Below are positions 25,810-41,116 of a stretch of 64,000 nt of DNA, piece by piece. The translations under genes were made by a program, and so were the position numbers. Position 1 is the stretch's first letter. Every line of letters starts with the position of its first letter. The stretch comes from Harriotta raleighana (taxonomy: Eukaryota): positions 6,270,465 through 6,334,464 of the forward strand of contig JBNZDD010013726.1 in the NCBI GenBank assembly GCA_050575255.1, in the 5' to 3' direction. Below the pieces are notes generated by a model. That model saw only the letters and a list, made by a program, of their open reading frames with translations, was not told the origin of the DNA and did no database searches.

Positions 25810-26110
25810 AAGCTCAGTCATGAAGCAGTGTTAGGGAGGGAAGTTTGTCCATCTTCTCTCTCTCCCCAAATTTACTGAATTCTTGAACATTTTAAAATAA
25901 AATGATTTGCTCCAGGGCCCAGCTTTAAATGTAGCCCTAGCATCTTCCACTGAACCCATCTGGAAAAGATACAGGAACCTCGGAAGTGCATTTATTTTCA
26001 CAACATAAGTTGGGAAATGCGTAATATAGCCCATCAGCTAAATTCTCCCAGATGTGCCTAATAGTAACTGCGAAATTCGGTTTATAGCTGAGAGAGGTTC
26101 ACTTGGGATT
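25810..26110 (-). mobile_element. Decayed L1-clade ORF2 fragment
   Basis: VVKINALPRFLYLFQ resembles the L1 ORF2 motif VKMNILPRFLYLFQ. Confidence 0.6.
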
Positions 26111-27373
26111 TTTTGGGCCCTCAAATTCTTAAAACGCTGTAACATCAGGGTAGACATTTTTAACTGTTCATTTGCAATATATTATGTCATTAGAACAGTA
26201 TGTCTACCTTAGTTATTTGGTTTATACACAAGACAATTGTTAAAAAAAACATAATTTGCATACCAGATAACAATTTGCAACAGAAGAATATCATACTAAG
26301 AATATTTAGTTTCAAATATTCTTAATGCATGTGTATATCTAGTAGCTGAATGTTATGGGGCACCTACTTTATTTTAATTAACAGCAGGATTTTTACTTCC
26401 GTGTTTCTGAATCTAATAAATGTACAATACAGTTTGTTAAGAGAAGAGCTATCAATGCCCTATGGGTGACAGTTCTTCTCCCAAGAATTGTGGGAAAGAG
26501 CTGACATTGAAGAGGTAAAGGATAGGCACCGTATGTGGAAAGTGAAGTTGGGATTGTGAAGGAGAACTGAGAGAGAAAGGAAAGCTGGCATTGTGCGGGT
26601 GGGTGAAGAAAACCAGTACGGTGTGATACTATAGTGACAACATAATCAGATGGTTTTTGGTTGGTGCTGTACAATGGATTTTGTGTGATAGGCTATACTT
26701 TATTTTTATCCACAATGAGACCTGGTCTCTATTCATGTGGTTATTGAGCACATCAGGGAGGATTTAGCTGATGGGCTGCATTTATCCATTTTCCCAGCTT
26801 CTGTTGTGAAAATAAATACACTTCTGCGTTTCCTGTATCCAGCTGTCCAGTGGGCAACTTACATTTGACATTTGAAATGAATCAAGGCATCATTCTATAT
26901 TCTAAGATAGTGACAGCATTGATACTGTGTTTGTGTGTGTGTCACTGCACATTTACAAACTGCGCTGAGGATCTTTATTTTGGAACGCTTTTATTCCTGA
27001 TTACTTAAATAAAATGATGATTTTTAGATAGTTGATTCTTATGATAAATTTTAGATTTAAAAGCAGTTTATAATAAAAGGAAGGGTTTCATCTTGATGGG
27101 CAGTTATTGGACGAGTTTAATGTGGTGTTAAGTATGTTTAAATATCTTCAAAAAGATTAGTTTAAATTCAATTTATCGTTAAGAACTGTTTTGAAGGATG
27201 TCATTTCTAGGTGGTTGAATCCCACATTGAAAGCTTTAATTTGTATTTTTTTAAATATGTACAAGCTGTTTGCACAGCTACCAAAAAACTTTTTTTTAAA
27301 AACAAAAAACACATTTATGTGGTAATTTACAATTCAATTATTAGGATAAACTTTTATTTTTCTTTCTTTTCAG

Positions 27374-27417
27374 ATGTGCGGAAAGACATTATGATGCTAC
27401 TAAATTTAATTGCCGAG
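27374..27417 (+). CDS. PTEN: PTEN coding exon 4 (CAERHYDATKFNCRV; includes Cys71)
   Basis: Polypyrimidine tract + cag|...|gtgagt; 44 nt. Confidence 0.98.
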
Positions 27418-27674
27418 GTGAGTTAATTGTTTGCGGAACTTGCTTTATGAGATTAATTCATAGAAAGAGGGCCAAATTCTGTAGTACTAAATTAATCTGT
27501 TTGCATTTTCATTTGAAACCATTAATAATGAATCTTACATTAGTGTTTTGTATGCTGGCGATATATGTAGCAGAAGTTTTTGAAAAGGCAGAACAAACAT
27601 CAACCAATGGTGAAGACGCCTTTAATAAAATCTTTATTCAGTATCAGCTAACATATTTCTACCACAAGATTTAG

Positions 27675-27977
<303 letters not shown>

Positions 27978-28595
27978 TAAAACATGTGAAAAAATATTTA
28001 CTAACAATTACTAAAGGAAAAGTGCTTATATAGATGCTTTTTTAAAAAAAAAGACCTTTTCTGAGTCAGGATTTTAGAATGTGCAGCCATCCCAGGGAAT
28101 AAATCAACTGAAAGCACCAGCTTTTAAGTATTATCTTTCTTGACAACTGGGTGAATGGTTTTTTTAAGTCATTCTGAGGCCTCTTTATGGACTGCCATAT
28201 GGATTGCATTTGAAAGCATCTGAAACTCCCACACATTTGAAACTGATGGTGACACATCCAAACTCCCCAATGAGAGTAAAATAGGCCAAAGAGCCTTTAA
28301 TCGTGAGTTTTCACTATGTTTAGATATTCACTATATCTAGGGGAATAACAATTTTTTTGAATTTAGAATTCTAGAGTTATCAATATCTAAAATAAGCCCT
28401 CATTTACACATTCCTGGGCAGAATGAAAAGGAAGAGCTAGTATTCCAATGTTTCTGTGTAAATGTTTCAGGAATTGATAAACTATGCATAATTTGTTTTA
28501 AAGTGTGCACGGAGCATGGTAACACATGGGTTTTAAGATTTGGAATGAAAATTCTCCTTAGTAATAGTAAAAACTTAAAAGTATTCACTTAATAA

Positions 28596-28760
<165 letters not shown>

Positions 28761-28934
28761 TGACCTTTTTAAAAAATAAATAATCTTGTATGGGGGGGGC
28801 GTGGGGGGGAAAGACTGTAAGGCTGCAGTCAATGCTGTGAAAAGTAAATAGCAATATAAAAATCCAATGAAAAGTGCTAAATTGTGCAAAAGCTAAGGCA
28901 AACATTTTCAGTTAATACTTCAGCAGAATGCTAT

Positions 28935-29230
28935 GGCACGCTGCATTGTCAGAGAAGCTGGCTTCGGATGCAATGTTAAATCAATGTTCCGTTTATCTGT
29001 TCAAGGGTGAATGATAAAGATCCATTAAATCTATTCAAAACAAGAGGCAGTGGGGCCAACAAAGCCCTAGGAAAAATTGGTTGTTCAGTTCATGGCCGTT
29101 TGTGGGACATTGCTACATGCAAATTGGTTGCCATATTTTCCAACAAATGCAGTCACTATAAAATAAATCCTGTGAAGCATTTGAGATGTTTCACCAAGGT
29201 GTTATGTCAAATGCAAGGATTAGTATTCCT
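28935..29230 (+). mobile_element. Older AmnSINE1-like DeuSINE relic in PTEN intron 6
   Basis: GCTGCATTGTCAGAG..TTCGGATG..GTTAAA..AAAGATCCAT..GTTTGTGGGACATTGCT..GCAAATTGGTTGCC follows the Deu-domain order as recalled. Confidence 0.6.
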
Positions 29231-29315
29231 GTTTGTTTCATAAAAATAATTTCCTAAACAAATGTATTTATCAAACAACCTCTGGCAATAGCTCTTGGGG
29301 GCATTTCTATGATAA

Positions 29316-29648
<333 letters not shown>

Positions 29649-30067
29649 TAGTTGAGTGTATAAATCTTTGATATACAATGAGGCATTTAGCAAGTTTATT
29701 CTGATTATGCTAAGGGAATTTTGATATCCATGCCCCTTTTCAAAAGGAAAGTATAAATTTCACCTATTAGTGATGTCCGCATTATACTGCCATTACAATA
29801 TTGCTGATTAATTGGTGAAAACAACAATCTTAAACAATAACAATAAAATTACATTTATAAAGCACCTTTCACCTCGGAAGATATAAATAGATATAATGAC
29901 CACATCAATTATATGAAAACCTTCTGAGGATCATAGTTAGCTAATGAAAGAGTTTAAAGGTATTTCTAACAAGAGAAAACATTAAGTTTTACTTAGATAA
30001 TCTAACTTGTTCACTTTTGTATTAATTTAAACTCAATTCTAATTTAAAATATTCTGTGATCTATATA

Positions 30068-30570
30068 CAGTAAAAGCTTGTTTATCCGGCATCTTCAGGA
30101 ACTGACCGGTACCGATTAATTAAATATTCTGGATATTCGAGCGGCAAGTTATCGAAAAACCTACACAAAAAATTACTTTTTAAAAAATATACCATATTAA
30201 TAATAGACTAAATAGTAACGGAATATTGTACGGATATTTACCAATAAAGCATTACAGCATACTTCGTAAAATGTTCGGTAAAATAAAAATTCCAGCGTTC
30301 TTTAAGTTTAATAAGTGGGCATGCACACAAATATACAGTCAGTATTTTCCTGCTTTTCTTCCCCCGACCCCTCCCCCCACTTGACTGTACAGCGCCTTGG
30401 GACGTCCTCCTGACGTGAAAGGCGCTATATAAATACAATAAATAAATAATAAATAAATACTCGCTAGTGTCCCAGATGGCTTCAGTATGAGATCTGTTTG
30501 CTGGAATGGTGAATTGTATTGGGAGATACCGGCTGGTTGAGCGTTCCGGTTGGTTGGGTGCCGGTTAAAC
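30068..30570. mobile_element. Tigger-like MITE copy interrupted by an L2/SINE tail (~30325-30460)
   Basis: TA|CAGTAAAAGCTTGTTTATCCGGCA start; shares TACCATATTAATAA.AGACTAAATA with the 19842 element. Confidence 0.7.
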
Positions 30571-31777
30571 TAGTAGTTGAAGCAGGGAATCTACTTTTTG
30601 ATGTTTAAGCGAAATTACATGGCCTTTGGGAAAGAAAGTGATTGATTAAACTATTGATCTGCAGGGTAATTTAAAAAAAAGTTTGTACCTACCTTTGTTT
30701 ATTTATTAGGGAAACAAATGATGTTTTTTATAATAATCTTTGCAATTGAAATAGTACCTTTCAAAGTGCTTCACATGATTTACTGCAAAGCGTAGTGATT
30801 TTTATAGATGAACTCAACAGCCAATTTGCCTGCAGAAATGTCCCACAAGTAGCTGTGGAATGAAATCTCTGTTTTATTTGGGAGATTTTTGGGCAGGACA
30901 CTGGGACAAACTCACTTAAAATAAACTTTTGGTGAATTAAGTATTTCCCATTATAACAATTTTCCTATTTCATAAGAAGCCAGTTGAAAAATATCACTTT
31001 GTAACTTTTGTACTTTCCCCTCTCCTTGTGCTTTTCCTGGATGCATACCATCAGCAGTTATCTTTTCACAGTTTTTGTACTGCTTGTTCAAATATTCAAA
31101 CATTTTTAGTGAGTACTTCAGGAAAGTCTATCCAGTATTACGTTATTTATTCTAATAGCCATAGATATCTTCCTCTTGTCGCTCTTCCTAAAGCAAGCTC
31201 ATGTAGGATCCTTCAAACTTGTGGAATCAGCAAAACAAAATGCTTTTACAACCATGAGTTTCAAAGTTTCATCTCGTTCTTCTGGAAGCATGGCCTACCC
31301 TGGAGAAAATTTTGAATAAGATATTGTAATCTACTTCAGCACAACAGACAAAGCAACTATTACTCCACTACTTTTTTGACATGTATTGTATTCCACATGA
31401 AACCTAATAAATGGTTGGAAGGTATAAAGTACCGACACTCTTAAAGCTCCACATTTCAGATTCAATGGGTTGCATATTCTTTTGTTTACCCAGATTTGTT
31501 AGGAGCAAAAGTTATAATTGTATTAGTTGAGCGTTAGTAACTAACTGCAGTGCAATATTTCTGTTCCAATATCATGCTTCAGGAGTTGACAATCTCATGG
31601 TTGTCTGGCCACCACCGACCAAGAGAAGTATTAAATTGCCATTTTGTTTAAGTTTAAAGAATAAAAATTTCAAGTACACTCAAGGGAGTTAAGATCACCA
31701 GAGCTTTATTTTGCATCATGTCAATCATTGGTTTTAAAATGTGATTCATAACTTTCATGCTGTATTAAATGATATAA

Positions 31778-32086
<309 letters not shown>

Positions 32087-32190
32087 TAATATTTTGCAAA
32101 GCTTAAACCTTGCTACGTGCTTTTGTATTAATTAATGCTACTGTTTCTTCACTATTCATTTTTATTGTAATTCTGGAATGGTCTTTTTGA

Positions 32191-32499
32191 GTAATAATAA
32201 TAATCCTTGCATTTAATATAGCGCTTTTACGTCTCAAAGTGCTTCACAGAATATACTGTAAAATGAATTGACTATATTTGTGGGCCAAATAAGGCAGCCA
32301 ATTGTACACAGCAGTATCCCACAAACAGTCGTGGATTGAAATGACCAATTTATTATAGTTTTTTTGGGGATCGATTATTATTAGGCGTGTGGAGTAAGGA
32401 AACTTGCCCAAGGTTTCGGCTTGACCTGCCTGGATTCAAAACACAGGTCTCACGTTTGTCAGGCGAGTGCTCTAACTAACCACTGAGCTACAGGACTCC
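32191..32499 (-). mobile_element. tRNA-headed DeuSINE-type SINE, full length, in PTEN intron 8
   Basis: Reverse complement matches the 52410 copy from head to (ATT)n tail. Confidence 0.88.
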
Positions 32500-34321
32500 A
32501 ATGTACCTTGGAGTAGATCCCTCCAAGATATCTGGCTGAATATTTTATCATCTTGGTGTCTTTTGAAGGAGTCAATTAAGAAGGAATCATTTTGCTTGCA
32601 TTGTACAGCTATTATGGTCCTTATCTTTCTCTTGTCTCCCTTTCTAATGTGTTTTTTTCTGTGTGCCGTGTGAATTGGTGCTGTAATCCTTGCATTTTTA
32701 AAAAAAAATTGTTGAGCTTCCAAAAAAGTTAATTTTGAATGGTTTCGTTTTTACATTTTCATGCTTTATTCAGTTTTTGGCCTACTTTGAGCTGGTCAAT
32801 TTCAAAAGTGAAACTTTCAAAACTGAAGAAAGCTTAGATTTATTTCCCTATATGCTGCGTAGGCTATGATGTGGATGAGAATGACCAAGTTAAGTTTTTT
32901 TCCAATGCACTAGCCTACAGTTGAATCAATTCGGAGAATGACAAATTACAATTACTCTTTCGCTCAATATACAAATTTATGATTCTCTGAAACATTCCAG
33001 AAAAGATGAACTACACAAACAGTATTCCACGCTACTTCATATGTTTAGGGAGACGGTATTGGGATCTTCAGAGACTCCAACAAATTTGAATGTAACTACC
33101 TTGAGGCACCCAATTTCAATTTGTTTTAAGCCTGATTGACCCTGATGCATAACAAAAGAATACAACTAACCTCATGATAAACAGTTCTTGCAAATAGAAA
33201 ATTCATTGGTCACATGGAACCTATTAAGAGACAATAGTTTATTTAGTCTAAAGTCATCTACTATAGTGAGCAGTGTTTTTCACAACAAATGCCAAATTAT
33301 GATTACTCTTTCAATCTTCGCACCAATTTATGATACCAGCTCTGCATACATCAGCACCAATCCAGTCCCTAGCACTAAACGTGTAGGTGGTAGTCATCCA
33401 CACTGTTTCATTGGGTTTTTCCAAGTGCGGTGGGTAATCATCCAACCTTTAAAGAGGAAGATGAATAGATTGCAGTCTTCATGCATCAGCCATGAGCTCA
33501 AAACTATTCTTAGGGTACCAGCTGCATCTCCTGATGATTATTAGACATGGCTGGTTGGGACCCTATTCTAGAAGACAAGGAAATTATTTTCAGAACCAGT
33601 GGAGGTATGCCCAACCTAATGCTTTACCAAGTTACCAGGTGTTTTAGTTCTCTCAGAAACCACTAGTTATTTCTGAGATTGCTGACCTCTTTACAAGCCT
33701 GTGACACATCTCCTATTTGGCATTTTAGTTTTCAACAGTAACAATTCTTCACCAAATGCCATGGTGTACCTGGACAAAAACATTTGAGTATTCTAGTTAT
33801 TGGTCTGTTTTTCTGCTGTCTGTTATCCAGTTCACACTAGCTTGGTATCCGCATTCTAGAGCTCAATTCACCTCTGAGGATGTCCTATTCTACTGAACTT
33901 GTCACCTAAAAATCTGGACGTAGTATTACGTAGTGTTCCTGTATGTGACGCATGTGATTACATAATTTTTATGTGTAACTGTTGAATGCTGGATATGCTG
34001 CCTGGATGCTATTTTACACGTAGGTAAAAAGTTTTAATTAGTCAGCAATTTATTTTGTCATGCATGCATGATTTATTGCGCCGAAATAGTTAATGTTACT
34101 GCGATACTATCAGAAGCTTTTTTCATAAATATGGCATTTTCAGCGCTTTGGGACGTCCTCCCGATGTGAAAGGCGCTATACAAGTGTAATTTGTTGTTGT
34201 AGTGCTTTCTGGAAAAATTTATCTGTTTTATGAATCATAGCAAGTGCCTTTTAACTTTGAAATGCAAATTAGTTGCTCCAGAATGTGAGAATAATTGAAA
34301 ATCGATGAGTAACCTGCCTAA

Positions 34322-34543
<222 letters not shown>

Positions 34544-37500
34544 AATATTTTTATGGGAAATTAAAACTATGAGAGAAAAAGGAAACAAACTTGAAGAAAC
34601 TGAAAGCAAGTACCTTTTTTAATGGCAATAGGACAATGTGTCAAGTAAAATGCTACACCGACTATAGGAACAATGATCTTTTCCTGACCAATGTTGTTTA
34701 GCCCCATACATACATCCACGAGGTTTTGACACTGTTGTCCAATGGAAAAGATTGCGTAGATATGTTATGTATATACATTTTTTTGTGTCAAATGACATAT
34801 AAAAGCGCAATCAGGAAAAAGGAGGCACTTTCCCATTTAATTCCAGTTTTATAAAAAGTGGAGACAGATCTGGTGTGTATGTAGGAAAATTTTTCCTTTT
34901 GTGTTATGTTGCCAACATTAGGTGCTAACTTATCTGTACAAAGGGTTTATGCCCTGCCCCCCCCCCCCCCCCCCCCCCCCCACCCAAAAAAAAAAACAGA
35001 TCAGTCTGTTAACGGCAAGGAGGATTTTGGAAAAGGTTTGCATAAAATGCATGTTTGGGGTAAAGGGATTAGAAAGGATGCACAGAAAGGAAAAAGATTG
35101 GTTGCAGTACCACCTAAAGTACAATGTTTGCACCTTTCGCTAAGGTGTTAAGCCTAGCAGGTTGTGGAATCGGCTGCTACTGCTGCTTGCTTTTTGTGCT
35201 TTCAAAGCACAGTGGTGCTAGAAGAGGCAGCTGCATGGAGCAATTCTTTCTGGGAAGAGGCTTGAACCTTGGACAAAATAAAAAAAATCTTGCAGGTCTA
35301 CACATTGTGGAGTCCAAATAGGGTAATTTTCAAGCTTTTCCTTCCTTTCTTGGGGTGTCGCAAGCTGGAGTCCCTTGGTAAAAATTGACTCAACCTTCGA
35401 AATGTGGCAGTATGTCAGCTCAAAGTTATGACAGTTTATGTGATAAAGGAGAATTTTACAATGATTTAATAAGTTAGCTAGAGTTATTTTAATTGGTGCT
35501 GCTCCACTATGTCCTGTGTAACCAAGGCCAGTGCTCGAAGTTGATCATTCTTTAGATATTACTGTTTTGGACTTTAAGTCAGTTAGTATCTATATAAACT
35601 TTGTTACGTTTTGAGTAGTTACTAGTTGCTTTATTTCTTATTTCTAATGGCAAGTTGCCTTTTTTCCTCCAGATCTAGTATTGGCATATGAAATGTAGTA
35701 AGGGAAAATATGGATTGGGAGTATGCAGCATATTTAGGTGACGAATGTTCCATGTGTAGTTTGTGTTACATGTGAGTAAACCGGCAAAACTGTTGTAACT
35801 GATGTTGCAACAGATTTTAACAAGAGGTAATTGTATACACACAGGATTTTAACATTAGAAATGAGGATTCTTGTATTCATGTTCTAGCAAACTGTGTATA
35901 CCTTGATCATTAGTAGCAGCATGAAATGAAATTCTGTTGTGCTCTGTTGGTTAATGTATTAAACTGGTAGCTGTTGTCATTTCCTGTAATTGTAAGAAAA
36001 TAGAACTGCATACTCCCATAGGGGCCAGCCAAATGGAGTTGCCCAGACTACAGAAAAGGTAGTCTGATGTGAGCCATTTAACAGCCCAGAATATGTCCTC
36101 TTTCGAAGAGATAATAACAATGTTTTAGTTGGAAAAACGGTATTTTGCTGGAGGTTATTGCATTAAATTTTATCTGTTAGTTTCACTACTTCAGCACAGA
36201 GATTAATATACTTGGCCGATTGGTGATGGACAACCAACATTACGTCCAGTTAGGCCTGGAAGTAATTCCCCCCAAACATTTAGTGTTGGCTAGTGTCTAG
36301 ATGTTTCAGTTCAGGTGTCTGTTCTTACTATAAACTGAGTCTTTTAGATCTTTCTTTGTAGTGGTGCTTCAAAACTGTCCAAAAGCTAATGTGCAGAGCA
36401 TGAGTTGTGCAGCGAAAGAGGATTGGACAAATGTAGCTCAAGAGGGAAGGAAATATAGGTTCCTAGATGAAATTAGAAGCTTCTATTGACAGTTTTCTTT
36501 TATTGATGGAACCTTGTTTTTTTAATTTTCATTCATTCCCCCCTCCCTTTCAGAATTCATTCACTTCTGTTAATTACAACTGAACATTTGAGACATGCCA
36601 CTTGTGAAGAGTTTCCTTATGTATATCATCTTTCATAAAGACGTTTACCACTAAATCTTATTTTTATATTGATAATAAAAGGAAATTTTGAGAACCAGGA
36701 GCAGGCAATAAAAGCCAGTTTGTAAAAGGTGCATAAAAACAAGTGAAGGAAACCTTTCCTGCCTTACATGCCTTGGAAATACTTAGCTTGTGCTTCAGGC
36801 GAAGTATTTATACAGCTTTATTTTCCCTTTCACATTATGGGAAAAGAGACGGCCCTTTCATCTTTAGAACACTGATTATAAAAATCACAGTGTCACGTAA
36901 AACGCTAAGGGGCCGGGTAAGAGCAGCTGCATATTGTACTGGGCTTTTGCACTGTAAGAGTTTTTTTCATTTTCTGTTAAAAATCGAGGGTGTATTGGGG
37001 TCCATAAACAACTTTTCCAAACCTTCCAAAGGCTTTGCATGCTGAAGGTGGAAAAATTGGCATTAGTATGTTTTCATATTCTTGTATTGATACCATCCCT
37101 GTCGAGCCAGATCATGCGTTACTTTGACTGAAAAAGTTGTCCAGTCTTTTTTTTAATTTATGACAGTATTCATAATTAGTCCGGGAAAATACATTCTGTA
37201 GGTTATCACTTGAGTTTCCAGACTATATGCTTAATAAAAATTATTTGGATGTGCAGCGGCTTAATGTCTGAAATTGTTTGTTGACGGCATCACTGTAAAA
37301 GAATTTACCTGGCCATCCTTAATCATCTGTAGCCCCACTGAAATATATTTGCCACAGTAAATCAGAAATGGCAGTTGCATGGGTAGCCTCAGGGGTCCTG
37401 CACTGTGGCACAAGGTATAGGCTGAATGGATTTCACAGGCAGCATCAAATATCCAAGTTTCAGCTTTAAAATATTCATAAGGTGCCAGTGTGAGAGTCCA

Positions 37501-37980
37501 TGTCATTAGTAATACCAGATTTGTGCAATATGTTTAACAAAGCCTGTGGTTGCCACAAAGTGCCTCTTGTTTACTTAAAATACTGTTAAATTCTGTCATC
37601 ATGCATGCAGATGGAAAGGGTGGAACTGTGCACTATAAAGGGGCTTCACTGCAGTGTAGGACAAAGCTGCCTGCTGCTCTGCCTGTCAGATTTGGATTTC
37701 ATTTCATATAGAATATGTATACAAAATATATTTTCAGCCTGTAAAACAGCCTTATTGCAATTCAGCCTGTTAAAGATACTATTGTGCTGTGCAGCTATTT
37801 GCTCTGTGTGTAATGCTATGCACTGAGAATACACAAAAAGTAAACCAACAAATGTAAGAATTGTACAGGTAATTGCTCATAAAATCAGATCTCCATTGTT
37901 ATTGTATGTGTTGTTTAACTACCCTTTATCTTACTGTTATAAACTCCACATAAAACTGATTAAAGTCTCATTCTTGTCAC
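34544..37980 (+). promoter_or_regulatory. PTEN: PTEN 3'UTR with conserved blocks and miRNA seed matches
   Basis: No interspersed repeats seen over 3.4 kb. Blocks resemble the human UTR as recalled (e.g. TTCCAGTTTTATAAAAAGTGGAGACAGA). Seeds: ACTTGAA 34589 (miR-26), GCACTTT 34825 (miR-17/20), TGGTGCTA 35213 (miR-29), GGCAGCT 35226 (miR-22), TTTGCAC 35127 and 36946 (miR-19), GTGCAATA 37523 (miR-25/92). Confidence 0.85.
37959..37964 (+). terminator. PTEN: Distal PTEN polyadenylation signal ATTAAA
   Basis: Sits in AAAACTGATTAAAGTCTCATTCTTGTCA, resembling the recalled end of the human 3.3-kb UTR. TGTA motifs upstream, GT-rich sequence downstream. Confidence 0.7.
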
Positions 37981-40900
37981 TGTGCATTGGTCATATGATC
38001 TCAGTTGTTCTGTCTTGAATAATTCTTCAAAATGTGTAATTTTGCTAAATTAATGTAATTTATGTGGCAATACTAAAGGCAAAAAAATCCTAACATAATT
38101 AAAGGTTGTGTGAATAAGTATTTTTGAAGGGAAAATAAGGTTCTGGTGACGTTTAAAGTACCTCTTTACTTTGATGGCATTATTAACAACAATCTGTTTT
38201 GCTAACAGATTCTTTGGAGCCATTCCGGTGAAGACAGTCTACATTTGATTGGCTAATTTAATTTCCTTTTTTTTTCCAGATCACGTAATTTGACGTGTTT
38301 TAAAGAATAAACCAGAGATAAGTTTCCTTTTGTATTTTTCCCACAGCCTTCACAATTTTATCAGATATAAATTTTTTAAAAATCAACTCAACACAAAATA
38401 GAATTAGCCCATTATGTGTTTGCGACTGTGTTGCAAGCAAGACATAATGCTTTCAAGTGGCCATATGACTGTGCAACAGCTGTGTAATTCCTACTTCATG
38501 TTTTCCTCCTGTCAGCATTTTATTTTATTTTCATTTAAAGTTTGTCCAGCAACCACTTCTTTTAAACGACAATCTTATGGATTAATTTTTGCCTCTTTTG
38601 TAGTGTTCTATTTGGTATTCTTGCTTTCTGGAATGTTATTTCTTGTTCTACCAACAGAAGATTTTCAGTCGTTGGTTTCAAGTAATTGAAGTGTTTGTTG
38701 TGGTCTGAAGCTTGCATCTTTCATGCTTGAATTAAAAAGATGCACATCTTCGATATCTTCAGCTAAATCACGATACAGCTTATTACGTGCATTCTTACAA
38801 GTCCATCCCTTGAAGGTTTTTATTTTGGGTGAATAGTGTTTGGATATTTGAAAAAATATTTGTTCTATGGTCCCAACTTGGTATGTTAGATCTTAATGTT
38901 ATCATCTCAAGTTTCTTGACTGACACAATTATTTTTACTTGCTATCCCTTTGTTGCGTTAACTTCCACCAAATCTGGTGGGAATCCTATTAAAGAGTTTT
39001 TATTTCTTCACATATCACTTTTTGGGGCCATAAAGCATCATCAATTGAAAAGAGTTGTTGATATCATTCAGTTTACTGAGATATTTGTTAATCTTTGAAA
39101 ACATTACAAAGATGATATTCAACAGTGATTGGGGCAGATGAATTTTAGTGTCCTCATTCAAGAGGGGACTCTCTTTGTGGTTTCCTCAATGATATTCTAT
39201 AAACAAGTGAAACATGGTTAAAGTTTTGACCGTTAGCGGTTAAAGTTTTGACTGTTAGCAGTCAAAGTTATACGCAACTGGGTGAAGTCTATAAACACTC
39301 AGAACATTTTGTGTTTCAGTAGAAATAATCATATTGATGATTTGGGTGTAGAAATAAGTCTATTAGTGCTATTGTTTCTGAAGATATAGTTCTTTATCGA
39401 GGAGCCTTTTTAATCTCAAAAGTGGTTGTACCTTGTACTTTTTTTCTCTCTGACTCAGAACATTGAAATTGACAAGGAAGTATCTAAAACCTTAAAATGA
39501 TGCGGTTGAAATGTACCCGTTAAGTGGTACCCAAAGCAGTCATCTTCATATATAAAAATAATGCATTCTTCACAAGATGGATTGCAGAATCCTGGATCCA
39601 CAGACTCGTGCACCAATTTATATAAAGTCAAACTGAATGTGCAGTCTTGACTATTTCTCCCAGGAACAACTCTTGTGTAAAGTTGGTATTCCCCTGGCAC
39701 TCAACATTAGATGCATGAAGGAGAAAGAAGGTTTACTTACATTTGTAAATAGTAGTCTTCAGAAATTGGCATTAAATTTGAAATGAGAACAGTTTCAATG
39801 TCCTGACCAAGTGTTGTAAGGACTTCTTCAATTAATCTTGGAGATGGTGATCAAATAATTACTGCAGAGTTTAGGCTTCTTTGAGTGTGGGGGTGGAGAA
39901 AATGGAATTAGATAATGGAGAGGTGCAAATTTGCAGAGGCCAATGCATATGTATTTGTTTTCCTTCCTCTTTCCTACCCTCCCCCATCCCCTCTAATTCG
40001 AAAAGTATTGAATCAATCCCAAATTAATGGAAACCTTACAATTGTTAGAACATGTCTGCACGTGGAGTGTGACATGCCAGTGTCACTGATAAATCGCAGT
40101 ACGATGACTTGTGCATAGATTACCGGACACACCCATCCCATTAGGGCTGCAGAACTCAGATGGTGAGATAGCTACATTAACATTATGTGCATTACTTTTT
40201 ATTTTCTTTAGTTGTTAAATGTTTGCAATTAAAGGAAAGTGCACAGATTCTTTGGATTTATTGTTGGATCATCAATTGGGAAGCCCAATGTCATGGAGTC
40301 TCTTGAGCTCAGAAAGTTTGGGAGCTCCTGGGATCAAGTTGTTGCTGTTTGTTTGAGGGATTTGTTTGCAAATATCTCCAGACCCTGCAGCCAACTTCAG
40401 ATTCGGAGGCCTCTGGCATATGTGTGGTATGATGAATTGAACATTTTGATTAGGAAATTGTTTAAACCTTCCGGTTTTCAATGTCTCTAGCATGTTTAGC
40501 ATTCAAGACAAATGGAATGTCTGCTTCTAGATGCTATATATATTCAATCTTCACAGGGTTAATTACAATGTCAGTTAGCTGAGCAGTGATATTTTAGTAT
40601 CATTGGCGTTGTGAAAAGAGGAACTTTAGTCATAAGAGGAAGCTGTTGCACTTAGTGCAATGTCTGCAAGTACCGCTGAATGCGTCACTGAAATTGCATA
40701 CAAAGCACAGCAGATTTCCTGAAAATATCATACAAATAACCATGACATAATTTAGTTAAAATTTAGGGTAGTTCAATGTGTTTTACAGAATTGCAGAACC
40801 CAAAATACACAGATGTAAATAAAATAATCATTGCATTTCATACAGGACCTATAAAATATTCCCAATGAACTTCACAGGTAATTACTGTAAGTGTAATGAC

Positions 40901-41116
40901 TGTGTTGGGGAGTGTCAATTTGCGCATTGGTCTATCTCACAAGCTGCTACAAAGTGAATGACAAGATGACAGAAACAAGCTTAACACCTCATCTGGCTTG
41001 GAAAAAATCTTTGAAGGAAGTAGAACAACAAACCAAGATTAAATAAAAGAATAGCATCTAAACTCAGCAAGGCAGATTTCCAACAATTAAATACATTAAG
41101 TCTATTGAAGTTACAA

